A stretch of DNA of 64,000 nt, taken from positions 3,767-67,766 of the forward strand of contig JBAUHI010000032.1 of assembly GCA_049680185.1 (NCBI GenBank), in the 5' to 3' direction. Each line of letters starts with the position of its first letter. Position 1 is the stretch's first letter. The DNA is from Gemmatimonadales bacterium (lineage in GTDB: Bacteria > Gemmatimonadota > Gemmatimonadetes > Gemmatimonadales > GWC2-71-9). Below the pieces are notes generated by a model that worked only from the letters and a program-made list of their open reading frames with translations, ran no database searches and had not been told where the DNA came from. Positions 33,349 to 43,584 of this stretch are shown piece after piece. A program made the position numbers and the translations under genes.

Positions 33349-34680
33349 CTACTCATCCACCTGCGCCTCGAGCGCGGCCCGCTCTTCCTCCGGCAACACC
33401 AGCCGCCGGTTGCGGCTCTCGTGGTCCAGCACTTCGGCGTACCGGCCCCATTCGATCACCGTCCGCATCAGCCCGTTGGCGCGGCTGAACGGGAAGCAGA
33501 TCGTCAGGTCGGCCAGGACCTCGTCCGCCTCGATGGATCCGTCGTTCTCCTTGATCATCCCCACCACCCGCGCGAACAGCGGATGCTCCATCACCTGCAC
33601 CCGGGTGAGTGCCTTCCGCTCCGCACTGTCGCCTGCCACCAGCTGCTGGCCCGCGGGTGTGAGTCGCACGTCATCGCCCGGCGTCACGACCCACGCCAGT
33701 TGCTCGGCTGCGCGTACGACGGACGTCATCCGGTCATAGTCGACCCCCAGCTCCTCGGCGATGTCGAACACCGAGTCCCCACCCTGGGCCCGGTCGGCAA
33801 GGTGGTCCAGCAGACCCATCACTTCCGAGACGTGCACCCGAGGGAAAGGGACCAAGCGCGCCGCGACGCCGCCGGCCGCTCGCTCCGGCTCGGGAAGGAG
33901 CGTTGCCGTGAGGATCGCGTAAAGCCGATCGACCGCGGCACCGAACAGGGGGCCTCGCGGATCCCGGGGATATGGGAGGGGATTGTCGAGCACCTCGCGG
34001 ATGTGCCCCGGATTGGTGCCGAAGACCACGATCCGGCCCGCCAGGTACACCGCCTCGTCGACGCTGTGCGTCACCACCACGATGGTGCTGACGCCGGTGT
34101 CGGGATCCTGCCACAGATCCACCACCTGTGAACGCAGGTTCTCCGCCGTCAGGGCGTCGAGCGCCCCGAACGGCTCGTCCATGAAGAGGATCTCCGGCTC
34201 CACGGCCAGCGCCCGGGCAAAGCCGACCCGCTGCTTCATCCCGCCGGAAAGCTCGCGAGGATACGCCTGCTCGAATCCATCGAGACCTACCGCCTCGATC
34301 GCGTGGTTGATGGCCTTCGCGTGATCCGTGCCCTCGCGTCCCCTGGCCGCGAGTCCCATCGCCACGTTCTGTTCCACCGTGAGCCACGGCAGGAGGGCAA
34401 AGGATTGGAAGACCATCGCCGAGGATGCGAGGACCCCTTCCACCGGCTGGCCGCGGTAGAGCACCTGGCCGGCGGTCGGACGGGTGAGTCCGGCCAGCAG
34501 CCGGAGCAACGTACTCTTGCCGCACCCCGACGGGCCGACGAACGCCACCACTTCGCGTTCGCGAATGGTGAGCGAGATGTCGCGCAGCGCCTCGAACTCC
34601 GCCTGCTTGGGGAGCCGGAAGCGCTGGATGACCCCGCGCGCCTCGAGCAGGATGTTGTTCGCTGCGGCAGGAGCGGTCAT
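33349..34680 (-). CDS. ABC transporter ATP-binding protein (NitT/TauT-like) with C-terminal accessory domain
   Basis: ATG 34680 (MTAPAAANN) overlaps the permease stop as ATGA. Contains GPSGCGKSTLL, LSGGMKQRVGFARAL and LFMDEPFGALD. About 190 extra C-terminal residues. Confidence 0.85.
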   Translation of the reverse strand: MTAPAAANNILLEARGVIQRFRLPKQAEFEALRDISLTIREREVVAFVGPSGCGKSTLLRLLAGLTRPTAGQVLYRGQPVEGVLASSAMVFQSFALLPWLTVEQNVAMGLAARGREGTDHAKAINHAIEAVGLDGFEQAYPRELSGGMKQRVGFARALAVEPEILFMDEPFGALDALTAENLRSQVVDLWQDPDTGVSTIVVVTHSVDEAVYLAGRIVVFGTNPGHIREVLDNPLPYPRDPRGPLFGAAVDRLYAILTATLLPEPERAAGGVAARLVPFPRVHVSEVMGLLDHLADRAQGGDSVFDIAEELGVDYDRMTSVVRAAEQLAWVVTPGDDVRLTPAGQQLVAGDSAERKALTRVQVMEHPLFARVVGMIKENDGSIEADEVLADLTICFPFSRANGLMRTVIEWGRYAEVLDHESRNRRLVLPEEERAALEAQVDE

Positions 34681-36482
34681 TGGGTCACTCCGTACTGGTT
34701 CTGGGCCAGGATGGCCAGCGGGCGCCACACCAGCCGGTTCCACCCCACGACGATCACGCTCATCACCGCGATGCCGCCCGCCAGGAGCGGGAAGTCGGCA
34801 TGCACCGTGGCGAGCGAAATGAGACTGCCAAGCCCCGGCGCGATGTGGGTCGTCCCGCCAGCCTGGACGTATTCCGCCACGATCGATCCATTCCAGGCGC
34901 CACCTGCGGCGGTGACCCATCCGGTCACGAGGGCCGGGAACGCCGCCGGCAGGTACAGCTGGCGCCAGCGCGCCCATCCGGTCATCTGGAACACATCGGC
35001 GGCCTCCGCGAGTTGGGGCGGCAGTGCCGCGACCGCGGAGATCACGTTGAAGAGGATATACCACTGTGCCGAGAGCACCATCAACGTCACGGCACCGATC
35101 CCCATCCCGGCCCCGACACTGAGCAGTCCGAGGATGACGAGCGGAAAGAGCATCGGCGCCGGGAATGAGGCCACGATCTGGATGACCGGCTGGAGCACCC
35201 GGGAGATCCGGGGTGAACGACCGATCAGGACGCCCACCGGGAGCGCCCACGCGGTCGAGAGCGCCACGGCCGTGAGGACCCGGGCGAAGGTGTATCCCGC
35301 CGAGCGCACGACGAGGAGCCACTGGCCGCCACTCAAGTGCGCGAGGAGCCGCACCAGCTGCAGCACTCCGAACCCGGCCCCCACCGCGACGATCACTGCC
35401 AGCACCGTCAACGTCACCCGCAGGACGCCATCACGCCCCGCACGGGGGCCCGGGAACCGGCGCAGGACACGGTCAGCGTGTCGCAGTGAACGACGGAACG
35501 GCATCGTGGCGACCCGGGCCGTTGCCACCGCCCGATGGCGCACCCTCCGGGCCTGCACCCGAAGCCGCGAGCGCCGCAGGAATTCCAGCAGCCAGTTGGT
35601 GGCCTGTCCCTCGCCCGCGGAATCATCGAGCCGGAACTTCTGGGCCCAGACCACCATCGGCCGCCAGAACAACCGGTCGACCGCGACGATCATCGTCGTC
35701 ATCGCCAGCAATGCCAGCAGTATCGCGCGCCGATCCCCGGCCTCGATGGCAGCGCTCATGTAGGCGCCGATCCCGGGCAGCCGAAAATCCCGGCCCCCGA
35801 GCTCGAACGCCTCGTTGACCATCAGGAAGAACCACCCGCCGGCCATCGACAACATCCCGTTCCAGACCAGACCCGGGGCCGCAGCCGGGACCTCGAGCCG
35901 CTTGAAGATGTCCCACGATCCCCACCCTGCCACCTGCGCCGCCTCGCGCAGCGGCTCCGGCACACTCTTGAGCGAGTTGTAGAAACTCAACGCCAGATTC
36001 CACGCCTGCGCCGTGAAGATCATCAAGATCGCGGCGAGCTCGAGCCCTGCATTGCGGTCGGGGAAGAGCGCCACCAACCCCAGCACCAGTCCCGGCAGGA
36101 ATCCGAGCACCGGGATGCTCTGCAGGATGTCCAGCACCGGGAGGAGGAAGCGCTCCGCGCGCGCCGAGGAGGCCGCCGCCCAGCCGAACCCGAACGCGAA
36201 GACGTAGGACACCACCAACGCCAGCACCCCGCGCGCCAGTGAAAAGAGCGTGTACCGCGGCAACGCCCCCGGCGACAGGTCGATCCGGACCGCCTGGTTG
36301 AGCGGCGCCTCGAACTGGTGTGCGAAGCTGACCACGGCGCCGATCACTGCCGCCACCAGGCAGAGTACCACCACGTCGGCGAACGACACCACCGACGTCC
36401 GCACCGGCGCCTGCTCGGCGACGTGCTCGGGCGGCGCCCCTTCGGGCGACGGAACGGGTTCGGTGTCCAGGGGTACTGTCAT
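34677..36482 (-). CDS. ABC transporter permease, duplicated (two fused permease domains)
   Basis: 601 aa. Two repeats of the binding-protein-dependent permease pattern (LPVLDILQSIPVLGFLP and LQPVIQIVASFPAPMLFP). Confidence 0.8.
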   Translation of the reverse strand: MTVPLDTEPVPSPEGAPPEHVAEQAPVRTSVVSFADVVVLCLVAAVIGAVVSFAHQFEAPLNQAVRIDLSPGALPRYTLFSLARGVLALVVSYVFAFGFGWAAASSARAERFLLPVLDILQSIPVLGFLPGLVLGLVALFPDRNAGLELAAILMIFTAQAWNLALSFYNSLKSVPEPLREAAQVAGWGSWDIFKRLEVPAAAPGLVWNGMLSMAGGWFFLMVNEAFELGGRDFRLPGIGAYMSAAIEAGDRRAILLALLAMTTMIVAVDRLFWRPMVVWAQKFRLDDSAGEGQATNWLLEFLRRSRLRVQARRVRHRAVATARVATMPFRRSLRHADRVLRRFPGPRAGRDGVLRVTLTVLAVIVAVGAGFGVLQLVRLLAHLSGGQWLLVVRSAGYTFARVLTAVALSTAWALPVGVLIGRSPRISRVLQPVIQIVASFPAPMLFPLVILGLLSVGAGMGIGAVTLMVLSAQWYILFNVISAVAALPPQLAEAADVFQMTGWARWRQLYLPAAFPALVTGWVTAAGGAWNGSIVAEYVQAGGTTHIAPGLGSLISLATVHADFPLLAGGIAVMSVIVVGWNRLVWRPLAILAQNQYGVTQ

Positions 36483-36523
36483 CGTTCCGGAATCTAGCGT
36501 TCGATGGCGGGCGCTTGTAGCTG

Positions 36524-37399
36524 GTGGCGGGCGGTCGGCGACGGGTAGATTGGGGCGTGATCGAGACCTTCGTTCGGCACGTCAATGGCGTCGAGCTCTT
36601 CGAGCGCCGCCGCGGTTCCGGCCCCATGGTCGTGGCCCTCCACGGCGGCCCGGGTGCCAGCCACGACTACCTGCTGCCCGGCTTCGACGCCCTGGCGGTC
36701 GACCGCACCGTCGTGCTGTACGACCAGCGCGGCGGCGGGCGATCGCCGCTGGCACGGGACGCGCATGCCGGATGGAAGGAGCACGTCGCCGACCTCCACG
36801 CCCTGAAAGAGCTCTGGGGCGATGCGCCGCTCGACCTCGTGGGCTATTCCTGGGGCGGCCTGCTGGCGATGCTGTACGCCATCGAGCACCCCTGCAGCGT
36901 GGCCCGCCTGGCGCTCGTCTCCCCCGCCCCGGCATATCGCGAGGCCCGCCTGGAATACGAACACCGCTACGCCGCGATCACCAACGGCGAATGGGCCCAG
37001 GCGGAACGCCGCCAGCTTCGCGAATCGGGATTGCAGACCCGGGACCTCGCCGCCTACCAGCGACGGCTCTTCGAGCTCGCCGTGGTCGCATACTTCAAGG
37101 ACCCGACCAAGGTCACCGAGCTCACCGGGTTCCGGCTGGTCGAGCGCATCCAGAAGGAAGTGTGGGCCTCCCTCGGCGACTACGACCTCCGGCCCGCACT
37201 CCAGAAGCTGGAGATCCCCGCCGTCGTGCTCCATGGGCGCGATGACGTGATCCCCTGGGAGGCGGCCCGCGAAACGGCAGAGTGCCTGCACGCAGAGTTC
37301 CACCTGATCCCCGACTGCGGGCACGTTCCGTATGTGGAAGGGTTCGAGACGTTCCGCAGTGTGCTCGATGCGTTCCTGCCTCGGACCCAACGTGGCTGA
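36524..37399 (+). CDS. alpha/beta hydrolase (proline iminopeptidase-like)
   Basis: Contains HGGPG and GYSWGG (a G-x-S-x-G nucleophile elbow), plus a C-terminal CGHVPYVE. GTG 36557 is an alternative start. Confidence 0.8.
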   Translation: MAGGRRRVDWGVIETFVRHVNGVELFERRRGSGPMVVALHGGPGASHDYLLPGFDALAVDRTVVLYDQRGGGRSPLARDAHAGWKEHVADLHALKELWGDAPLDLVGYSWGGLLAMLYAIEHPCSVARLALVSPAPAYREARLEYEHRYAAITNGEWAQAERRQLRESGLQTRDLAAYQRRLFELAVVAYFKDPTKVTELTGFRLVERIQKEVWASLGDYDLRPALQKLEIPAVVLHGRDDVIPWEAARETAECLHAEFHLIPDCGHVPYVEGFETFRSVLDAFLPRTQRG

Positions 37400-38051
37400 A
37401 CGGGTCGACCCATTCACGCTCGTCTTCGGGGCCCTCGCGGAACAGCGATTCCCGGGGCTCGCCGACTCGCTTCGCAGCACCGGACGAGACGAGATCGACC
37501 GTGAGGCCTTTGTGCTCGACCGGGCTGTCATCGAGCTCCTCCAGGACTTGGTGCCCGAGCCGCACGACGATGACCTGGTCGCGGAGTTCATCGCGATACT
37601 GCATCACGCCTACCTCTACTGGCGCGCCGGCTGTCCGCAGGTCGCGTTCGACCGTGCCCAGGCGGCACAGATCCTTTCGCCCGTCGGTGCGACGGACTCG
37701 GCCTCCGTCCATCCGACCATCCGCCCGACCACGTACTACCGCTTCCCCGAACGCCTGGTCTGGACCGAGCTCACACCGGGCGCGCCCCACGAACCGCTCG
37801 ACGGATTCTTTCTCAGGCCCGCCGGCAACGGGATCATCAGCGTGCTGGGGATCTTCGGGGTCCACGCCGCACGGCCGGGGTTCGGCGTCGCCGAGGCGGT
37901 GGGAACTCGTCCCTCGTCGTTGACGCGGCTGGACGGATCGCCCAGCTTCTCGCCGGTGCTCCCGGGCGGTGATGCGGCCGGCCTCCACTCGCTCGTGGGC
38001 ACCGACGAACTGCTCGAGCTCGCATCCCGGTCCGTCAACGAGGCTGCATGA
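37392..38051 (+). CDS. hypothetical protein, translationally coupled into the PolX operon
   Basis: GTG 37392 overlaps the hydrolase stop by 8 nt, and its own stop overlaps the PolX ATG as ATGA. No motif recognised. Contains a GGATGG-family half element at 37703-37730. Confidence 0.55.
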   Translation: MAERVDPFTLVFGALAEQRFPGLADSLRSTGRDEIDREAFVLDRAVIELLQDLVPEPHDDDLVAEFIAILHHAYLYWRAGCPQVAFDRAQAAQILSPVGATDSASVHPTIRPTTYYRFPERLVWTELTPGAPHEPLDGFFLRPAGNGIISVLGIFGVHAARPGFGVAEAVGTRPSSLTRLDGSPSFSPVLPGGDAAGLHSLVGTDELLELASRSVNEAA

Positions 38052-39778
38052 GCACGGTCGACAAGGACGCCGTCGCGGAGACGCTGGAACAGATCGCGGC
38101 ACTCCTCGAACTGAAAGGGGAGAACGCCTTCCGCGTCCGTGCCTTCCGTGGCGCGGCCCGCACGGTCGGCGCGCTGGCCGGGACCGTGGCCGCATCCTTG
38201 GAGGACGGATCGCTCGCCGCCGCGAAGGGCGTGGGCCCCGCCACGCTGCAGGTGGTGCAGGAGCTCGTGGCCTCCGGCAGGAGCACCATGCTTGATGAGC
38301 TTCGAGGCCAGGTGCCGCCGGGCCTCGTCGAAATGCTCCAGCTCCCCGGACTCGGCGTCTCCAAGGTCCGCCAGATCCAGGAGACGCTGCACATCGAGAC
38401 CATCGCTGAGCTGGAGGCCGCAGCGCGAGACGGCTCGCTCGCGGCGTTGCCGCGCTTTGGCGCCCGCACCGCCGCCAATGTGCTCGCCAGCATCGACTTC
38501 CTCCGCCGTTCGAGCGCGTACACGCTCTGCCACCACGCGGCGGCGGAAGCGGCGGCGCTCGCGGACGTGCTCGCGGCCTTGCCCGGTGTGGATCACGTGG
38601 TGGTCGCGGGCGATGTGCGCCGCCGGATGGAGGTCGCGCTGGGACTGAGCGTGGTGGTGATCGGTGACGTCCCACCGGCCGACTTCTTCAAGCGCCTCGC
38701 GGCGGTGCCCGGGATCGTCGAGTTCTCCGGGCACGATGAGCGGCGAGTGACGTTGCGGCAAAGCGGCGGGTCGCTGGCACAGGTCATCGTGACCACGCCC
38801 GCGAACGCCGGCGCCGTGCTCGTCCGCGCCACCGGCAGCGAGTCCCACATTGCGGCGCTGGAGGCGCACGCGCATTCGGTGGGCCACACGCTCGATGGCG
38901 CCGCCCTTTGGCACGGCAGCGCCTTCGTCCCCACACCCGATGAAGCGACGTTCTATCGCGCGCTGGGCCTGACGGAGATCCCCCCGGAGCTTCGCGAAGG
39001 AGAGTGCGAGGTCGCCGCCGCCGCGGGCACCCTGCCCACGTTGGTGACGCGCAGCGACCTCCGCGGTTTCCTCCACTGCCACTCCAGCTGGTCTGACGGC
39101 ACCACCAGCATCGAAGAGATGGCACTCGCCTGCAAGGCCGCCGGGTACTCGTATGTCGGACTCACGGACCACAGCCAGGCCGCGGCGTACGCCGGCGGGC
39201 TCAAGCCCGATGCCTTGGCACGCCAAGCTGATGAGGTGGACGCGCTCAACGCCCGCCTTTCCGGCATCCGGATCCTCAAGGGGATCGAGGCCGACATCCT
39301 GGCCGATGGCGCCCTCGATTATTCTGCCGCAGTCCTCGATCGACTCGACTTCGTCATCGGCTCGGTGCACAGCCGATTCCAGATGGGGCAGGACGAGATG
39401 ACCGCGCGGATGCTCCAGGCACTCGACGATCCCCACCTCACCATCGTAGGGCACCCGACCGGACGCCTGCTGCTGGCACGGGAAGGGTATGCCGTCGATC
39501 TCGACGCACTCATCGAGAAGGCGGCCAGGGTCGGTGCGGCGATCGAGATCAACGCCGATCCACACCGCCTCGATCTCGACTGGCGCATGCTGCGCAAGGC
39601 CCGCGCGGCGGGGCTCATCATCTCGATCGGCGCCGACGCCCACGATGTCGGCGGCATCGGGAACATGGAGTGGGGCGTGGGCATCGCGCGAAAAGGGTGG
39701 CTCACCGCCGCCGACATCCTCAACACCAGGAGTGCCGAGGATTTCCTGGCGTTCGCGAAGGCGCGGAGAGGCCACTGA
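38048..39778 (+). CDS. polX: DNA polymerase X family protein with C-terminal PHP domain
   Basis: 576 aa. N-terminal Hh[19 protein letters not shown] and [15 protein letters not shown] motifs [15 protein letters not shown] and GSVHSRF. Confidence 0.9.
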   Translation: MSTVDKDAVAETLEQIAALLELKGENAFRVRAFRGAARTVGALAGTVAASLEDGSLAAAKGVGPATLQVVQELVASGRSTMLDELRGQVPPGLVEMLQLPGLGVSKVRQIQETLHIETIAELEAAARDGSLAALPRFGARTAANVLASIDFLRRSSAYTLCHHAAAEAAALADVLAALPGVDHVVVAGDVRRRMEVALGLSVVVIGDVPPADFFKRLAAVPGIVEFSGHDERRVTLRQSGGSLAQVIVTTPANAGAVLVRATGSESHIAALEAHAHSVGHTLDGAALWHGSAFVPTPDEATFYRALGLTEIPPELREGECEVAAAAGTLPTLVTRSDLRGFLHCHSSWSDGTTSIEEMALACKAAGYSYVGLTDHSQAAAYAGGLKPDALARQADEVDALNARLSGIRILKGIEADILADGALDYSAAVLDRLDFVIGSVHSRFQMGQDEMTARMLQALDDPHLTIVGHPTGRLLLAREGYAVDLDALIEKAARVGAAIEINADPHRLDLDWRMLRKARAAGLIISIGADAHDVGGIGNMEWGVGIARKGWLTAADILNTRSAEDFLAFAKARRGH

Positions 39779-40425
39779 CCCGCCGAGCCCGCCCGCCGGC
39801 GCCGCCGGCAAAGATCTTCACGCGGCTCCGGCGGGCCTACCCCGACGCGCATTGTGCCTTGGACCATCAGAGCGCCTACCAGCTTCTGGCCGCCACCATC
39901 CTCTCGGCCCAGTGCACCGATGTGCGGGTGAACATGGTGACACCCGACCTCTTCCGCACCTACCCCACGCCTTCCAAGCTCGCGGCGGCGCGCCAGGACG
40001 ACGTCGAACGGATCATCCGGTCCACCGGATTCTTCCGCAACAAGGCCCGGAACCTGATCGCGATGGCGCAGGCGCTGGTGGCGGACCACGGCGGCAAGGT
40101 CCCGGATACGATGGCGGAGCTGCACGCCCTGCCCGGCGTCGGTCGCAAGACGGCGAACGTGGTCCTCGGCAACGCCTTCAACATCAACGAAGGCGTGGTG
40201 GTCGATACCCACGTCGGGCGCCTCTCGCGCCTCCTCGGCCTCACCCGCCACACCGATCCCGTGAAGGTCGAACAGGACCTGATGGCGCAGTTCCCGCGGG
40301 CCCGGTGGGCGGTGCTCTCGCACTTGCTCATTTCCCACGGACGCGCCGTGTGCATCGCCCGGCGGCCGCGGTGCAACGACTGCGTGCTGGCGGATATCTG
40401 TCCGTCATCCCAGGTCGATCGCTGA
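39775..40425 (+). CDS. nth: endonuclease III
   Basis: Contains [13 protein letters not shown] and [13 protein letters not shown], plus Fe-S cluster [17 protein letters not shown] (C-x6-C-x2-C-x5-C). The start is uncertain: CTG 39775 (CTGA overlap with PolX), GTG 39697 (82-nt overlap) or TTG 39859 (truncating). Confidence 0.85.
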   Translation: MTRRARPPAPPAKIFTRLRRAYPDAHCALDHQSAYQLLAATILSAQCTDVRVNMVTPDLFRTYPTPSKLAAARQDDVERIIRSTGFFRNKARNLIAMAQALVADHGGKVPDTMAELHALPGVGRKTANVVLGNAFNINEGVVVDTHVGRLSRLLGLTRHTDPVKVEQDLMAQFPRARWAVLSHLLISHGRAVCIARRPRCNDCVLADICPSSQVDR

Positions 40426-40503
40426 CATCATCGGCCCCGAACGCGTAGATTGCCCCGGTGCGAGCGCTTGCCCCATCACTGACCCATTGACCCCCTGACA
40501 CTC

Positions 40504-41289
40504 GTGCCTGCCTCCCCTTCCGTCGCTTGGTCCCAGGTCGCCCGCGCCTACCAGCGCAACATCCTCCCCGGGTTCACTCCGGCGGCGGCGGCCTTGTGCA
40601 CTGCCCTGCGGGTCGGCGCCGGTGATCGAGTGCTGGATGTCGCCTGCGGCCCTGGAACGCTGTCGCTCGCAGCCCTGCGTCAGGGCGCGGAGCAGGTCAC
40701 CGGCGTCGATTTCGCGGCCGAGATGGTAGCGCTCGCCCAGGGCGCGACGGTCGGGAGCAACGCCGAGTTCTTCCTCGGCGATGCCACGGGGCTGCCGGTA
40801 CAGGATGGTTCGTTCGATGTGGCGGCTTCGAGCTTCGGCCTCATCTTCGCGCCCGATCCCCGGCGCGCGATGAGCGAACTCCATCGCGCACTCGTGCCTG
40901 GCGGACGGGCCGGGCTCATCGCCTGGCTGCGGGGCGATACCACCAACGCGTACTACGACCGGGTGTATCACCACCTCCCGCGGCCCACCACCACCCACGA
41001 CCCCTACGCTTGGGGTGATCGCGCCACCGCCCGCACCTGGTTCGGTGAATGGTTCGGCTACCTCGAACTGGCGACCATCACCGTGCCCTACGAAGGTCCG
41101 TCCCCCGCGGCGGTGTGGGAGGTGCTCCGCACCTCGACCGGCAGGGTGGCCGTGGCCTACGCGGCCCTCGACCGCGCCGCGCAGGAGCGGATGGATCGAG
41201 AGATGATCGATTTCTTCGAGCGGTTCCGCCGCCCCGAGGGCGGCATCTATTGGCCCCGCGAGGCGTTGATGATCACGGGGACGAAGTAG
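40504..41289 (+). CDS. class I SAM-dependent methyltransferase
   Basis: Motif I VLDVACGPGT. DGSFDVAASSFGLIF. GTG start. Confidence 0.8.
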   Translation: MPASPSVAWSQVARAYQRNILPGFTPAAAALCTALRVGAGDRVLDVACGPGTLSLAALRQGAEQVTGVDFAAEMVALAQGATVGSNAEFFLGDATGLPVQDGSFDVAASSFGLIFAPDPRRAMSELHRALVPGGRAGLIAWLRGDTTNAYYDRVYHHLPRPTTTHDPYAWGDRATARTWFGEWFGYLELATITVPYEGPSPAAVWEVLRTSTGRVAVAYAALDRAAQERMDREMIDFFERFRRPEGGIYWPREALMITGTK

Positions 41290-41490
41290 GTGAACGATGA
41301 AAAGTGAAAGGTGAACTGGATCTGGATGCGCTCGGCGGCCCGCTGATCACACGTCATCCTGAGGGGCCTTCAGGCCCCGAAGGACCGGCCTGCATAACGA
41401 CCCGATCCTTCGCTCTGCTCAGGATGACGTGCCTGTCCCGTCGGTCCCTTCCGATCCCACCCGTTCACCGTTGACCGTTTACCGTTCACC
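41289..41490. repeat. nested palindrome: GTGAAC-type outer arms around a GTCATCCTGAG/GAAGGA hairpin
   Basis: Outer left arm 41289-41319 is GGTGAACGATGAAAAGTGAAAGGTGAACTGG. Inner element at 41351-41430. Outer right arm 41457-41490 is CACCCGTTCACCGTTGACCGTTTACCGTTCACCC. Confidence 0.85.
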
Positions 41491-41493
41491 CAG

Positions 41494-43557
41494 ATGCCCA
41501 ACCGCCTCTCCACCGCCCGCTCAGCGTACCTCACGTCGGCCGCACATCAACCGGTCCACTGGCACCCGTGGGGCCCGGAGGCATTTGCCGCCGCGCGGTC
41601 GACCGGCCGTCCCATCCTGCTCGACATCGGCGCCGTCTGGTGCCACTGGTGCCACGTGATGGACGGCGAGAGCTACGAGGATCCGGCGCTCGCCGGGCTC
41701 CTCAACACCGAATTCGTGTGCATCAAGGTGGACCGTGACGAGCGGCCCGACATCGATGCGCGCTATCAGCGTGCCGTCCAGGCGCTCACCGGGCAGGGCG
41801 GCTGGCCGCTCACCGCGTTCCTCACGGCACAGGGCGAAGTGTTCTACGGCGGCACGTACTTCCCGCCCGAAGGACTCCACGGACGCCCAGGCTTTCGCTC
41901 GGTGCTCACCGAGGTGGCCCGCATCCACCGCGAGGAGCAGGGCCGGGTCGAGGCGCAAGCGCTCGCCATCAAACGGGCGCTGGCGCATGCCGAAGATCCC
42001 GCCGGCCCCATCGACCCGACCAACGGACTCCTCGACACGGCCGAAGCGGAGCTTGCCCGCCATTTTGACGCGCGGCACGGCGGGTTCGGCCGGGCGCCGA
42101 AATTCCCCCACCCCGCGGCCATCTCGTTCCTCATCGATCGCTGGTATGACTCCGGCCGCTCCGACCCCGGCGCGATGGCCCGTGACACCCTGCGCGGAAT
42201 GGCCCGAGGCGGATTTCACGACCAGGTGGGCGGTGGATTCCATCGGTACAGCGTGGACCCGGAATGGATCGTCCCGCATTTCGAAAAGATGGCGTATGAC
42301 AACGCCGAGCTCCTCAAGGCCTATCTCGATGGCCACGCCGCGTTCGACGATCCGTACTTTGGCGACGTTGCGCGGGACACCCTGGCCTGGATCCGGGAGG
42401 TGCTCGCCGATCCTGATGGCGGGTTCGGCACCAGCCAGGACGCCGACGTCGGCCTGGAGGACGACGGCAACTACTTCACCTGGACGATCGACGAAGCGCG
42501 GGCGGCGCTCACCGCCGACGAGTTCGAGGTCGTCGCGGCCCACTATGACATCGGCACCGCTGGCGAGATGCACCACGACCCCGCACGCAACGTGCTGTGG
42601 ATCGCCGAAGACACCCTCGCCATCGCGCATCGGACCGGACGACCGGCACCGGTGGTCGCCGACCTTCTCTCCCGCGGCAGGACAAAGCTCGCCGCGGCAC
42701 GACGCCTCCGACCTGCACCGTTCATCGACCGCACCCGCTACACCGGCTGGAACGCGATGCTCGCGAGTGCACTGCTCAGTGCCGCAGCACATCTCGACGA
42801 TCCTTGGGCCCGCACCCATGCGCTCCGAACGCTGGAACGGATCGGCCAGGAGTCACCCGATCCCGATGCCGTGCTGCACGTCACCGGCGGGATCAGCGGC
42901 CTTCTCGACGACCAGGTGCAGGTGGCGGCAGCCGCACTCGATGCCTACGAGACCACCGGTACTGAGCATTGGCTCGCATGGGCGGAAGCGATCATGGACC
43001 GGGTCTGGCGCGACTACCGCGACGAGGCCGCGGGAGGGCTGTTCGACATCGCGCATGCTCGCGGCGGGGAGGGACTCCTCCCCGAACGCACCAAACCCAT
43101 CCAGGACAGCCCCACCCCATCACCCAACGGGGTCGCCGCACTCACCTATGCCAGGCTCGCGGCCCTGACCGGCAGAGCGCACTGGCAGACGCGCCACCTC
43201 GAGCTCGTCCGGACGTTCGGCGGACAGGCGGCCGGACTCGGACTCTTCGGCGCCACCTTCCTCCGTGCGCTCGAATGGTCGCTCCTCCCGATGACGCACC
43301 TGGTCGTCGTCGGCCCCAAGGGGCACGCCGAGTCCGACCGGATGCATCGGTGGGCGTTGACGACATTCATCCCGCGCAAGGTGGTCCACCGCCTGACGAG
43401 CATCGCCGGCGTGCGCCCACTGCCACCGGCCCTGCAGGCGATGGTCAACGGGACGACCCCCCGTGCGTATGCCTGTCGGGGCGAGACCTGCCAGGCTCCC
43501 GCCGGCGATGATGCCACCTGGGCGGCGACCCTCGCGGCGCTGCGTCCCGTACACTAG
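41494..43557 (+). CDS. thioredoxin-domain protein, YyaL/DUF255 family
   Basis: 687 aa. WCHWCHVM in a thioredoxin-like N-terminus (ILLDIGAVWCHWCHVMDGESYED), followed by an alpha/alpha-toroid-like remainder. Confidence 0.85.
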   Translation: MPNRLSTARSAYLTSAAHQPVHWHPWGPEAFAAARSTGRPILLDIGAVWCHWCHVMDGESYEDPALAGLLNTEFVCIKVDRDERPDIDARYQRAVQALTGQGGWPLTAFLTAQGEVFYGGTYFPPEGLHGRPGFRSVLTEVARIHREEQGRVEAQALAIKRALAHAEDPAGPIDPTNGLLDTAEAELARHFDARHGGFGRAPKFPHPAAISFLIDRWYDSGRSDPGAMARDTLRGMARGGFHDQVGGGFHRYSVDPEWIVPHFEKMAYDNAELLKAYLDGHAAFDDPYFGDVARDTLAWIREVLADPDGGFGTSQDADVGLEDDGNYFTWTIDEARAALTADEFEVVAAHYDIGTAGEMHHDPARNVLWIAEDTLAIAHRTGRPAPVVADLLSRGRTKLAAARRLRPAPFIDRTRYTGWNAMLASALLSAAAHLDDPWARTHALRTLERIGQESPDPDAVLHVTGGISGLLDDQVQVAAAALDAYETTGTEHWLAWAEAIMDRVWRDYRDEAAGGLFDIAHARGGEGLLPERTKPIQDSPTPSPNGVAALTYARLAALTGRAHWQTRHLELVRTFGGQAAGLGLFGATFLRALEWSLLPMTHLVVVGPKGHAESDRMHRWALTTFIPRKVVHRLTSIAGVRPLPPALQAMVNGTTPRAYACRGETCQAPAGDDATWAATLAALRPVH

Positions 43558-43584
43558 AATCCGCGCTGGAGGCGTTCCGTCCGC

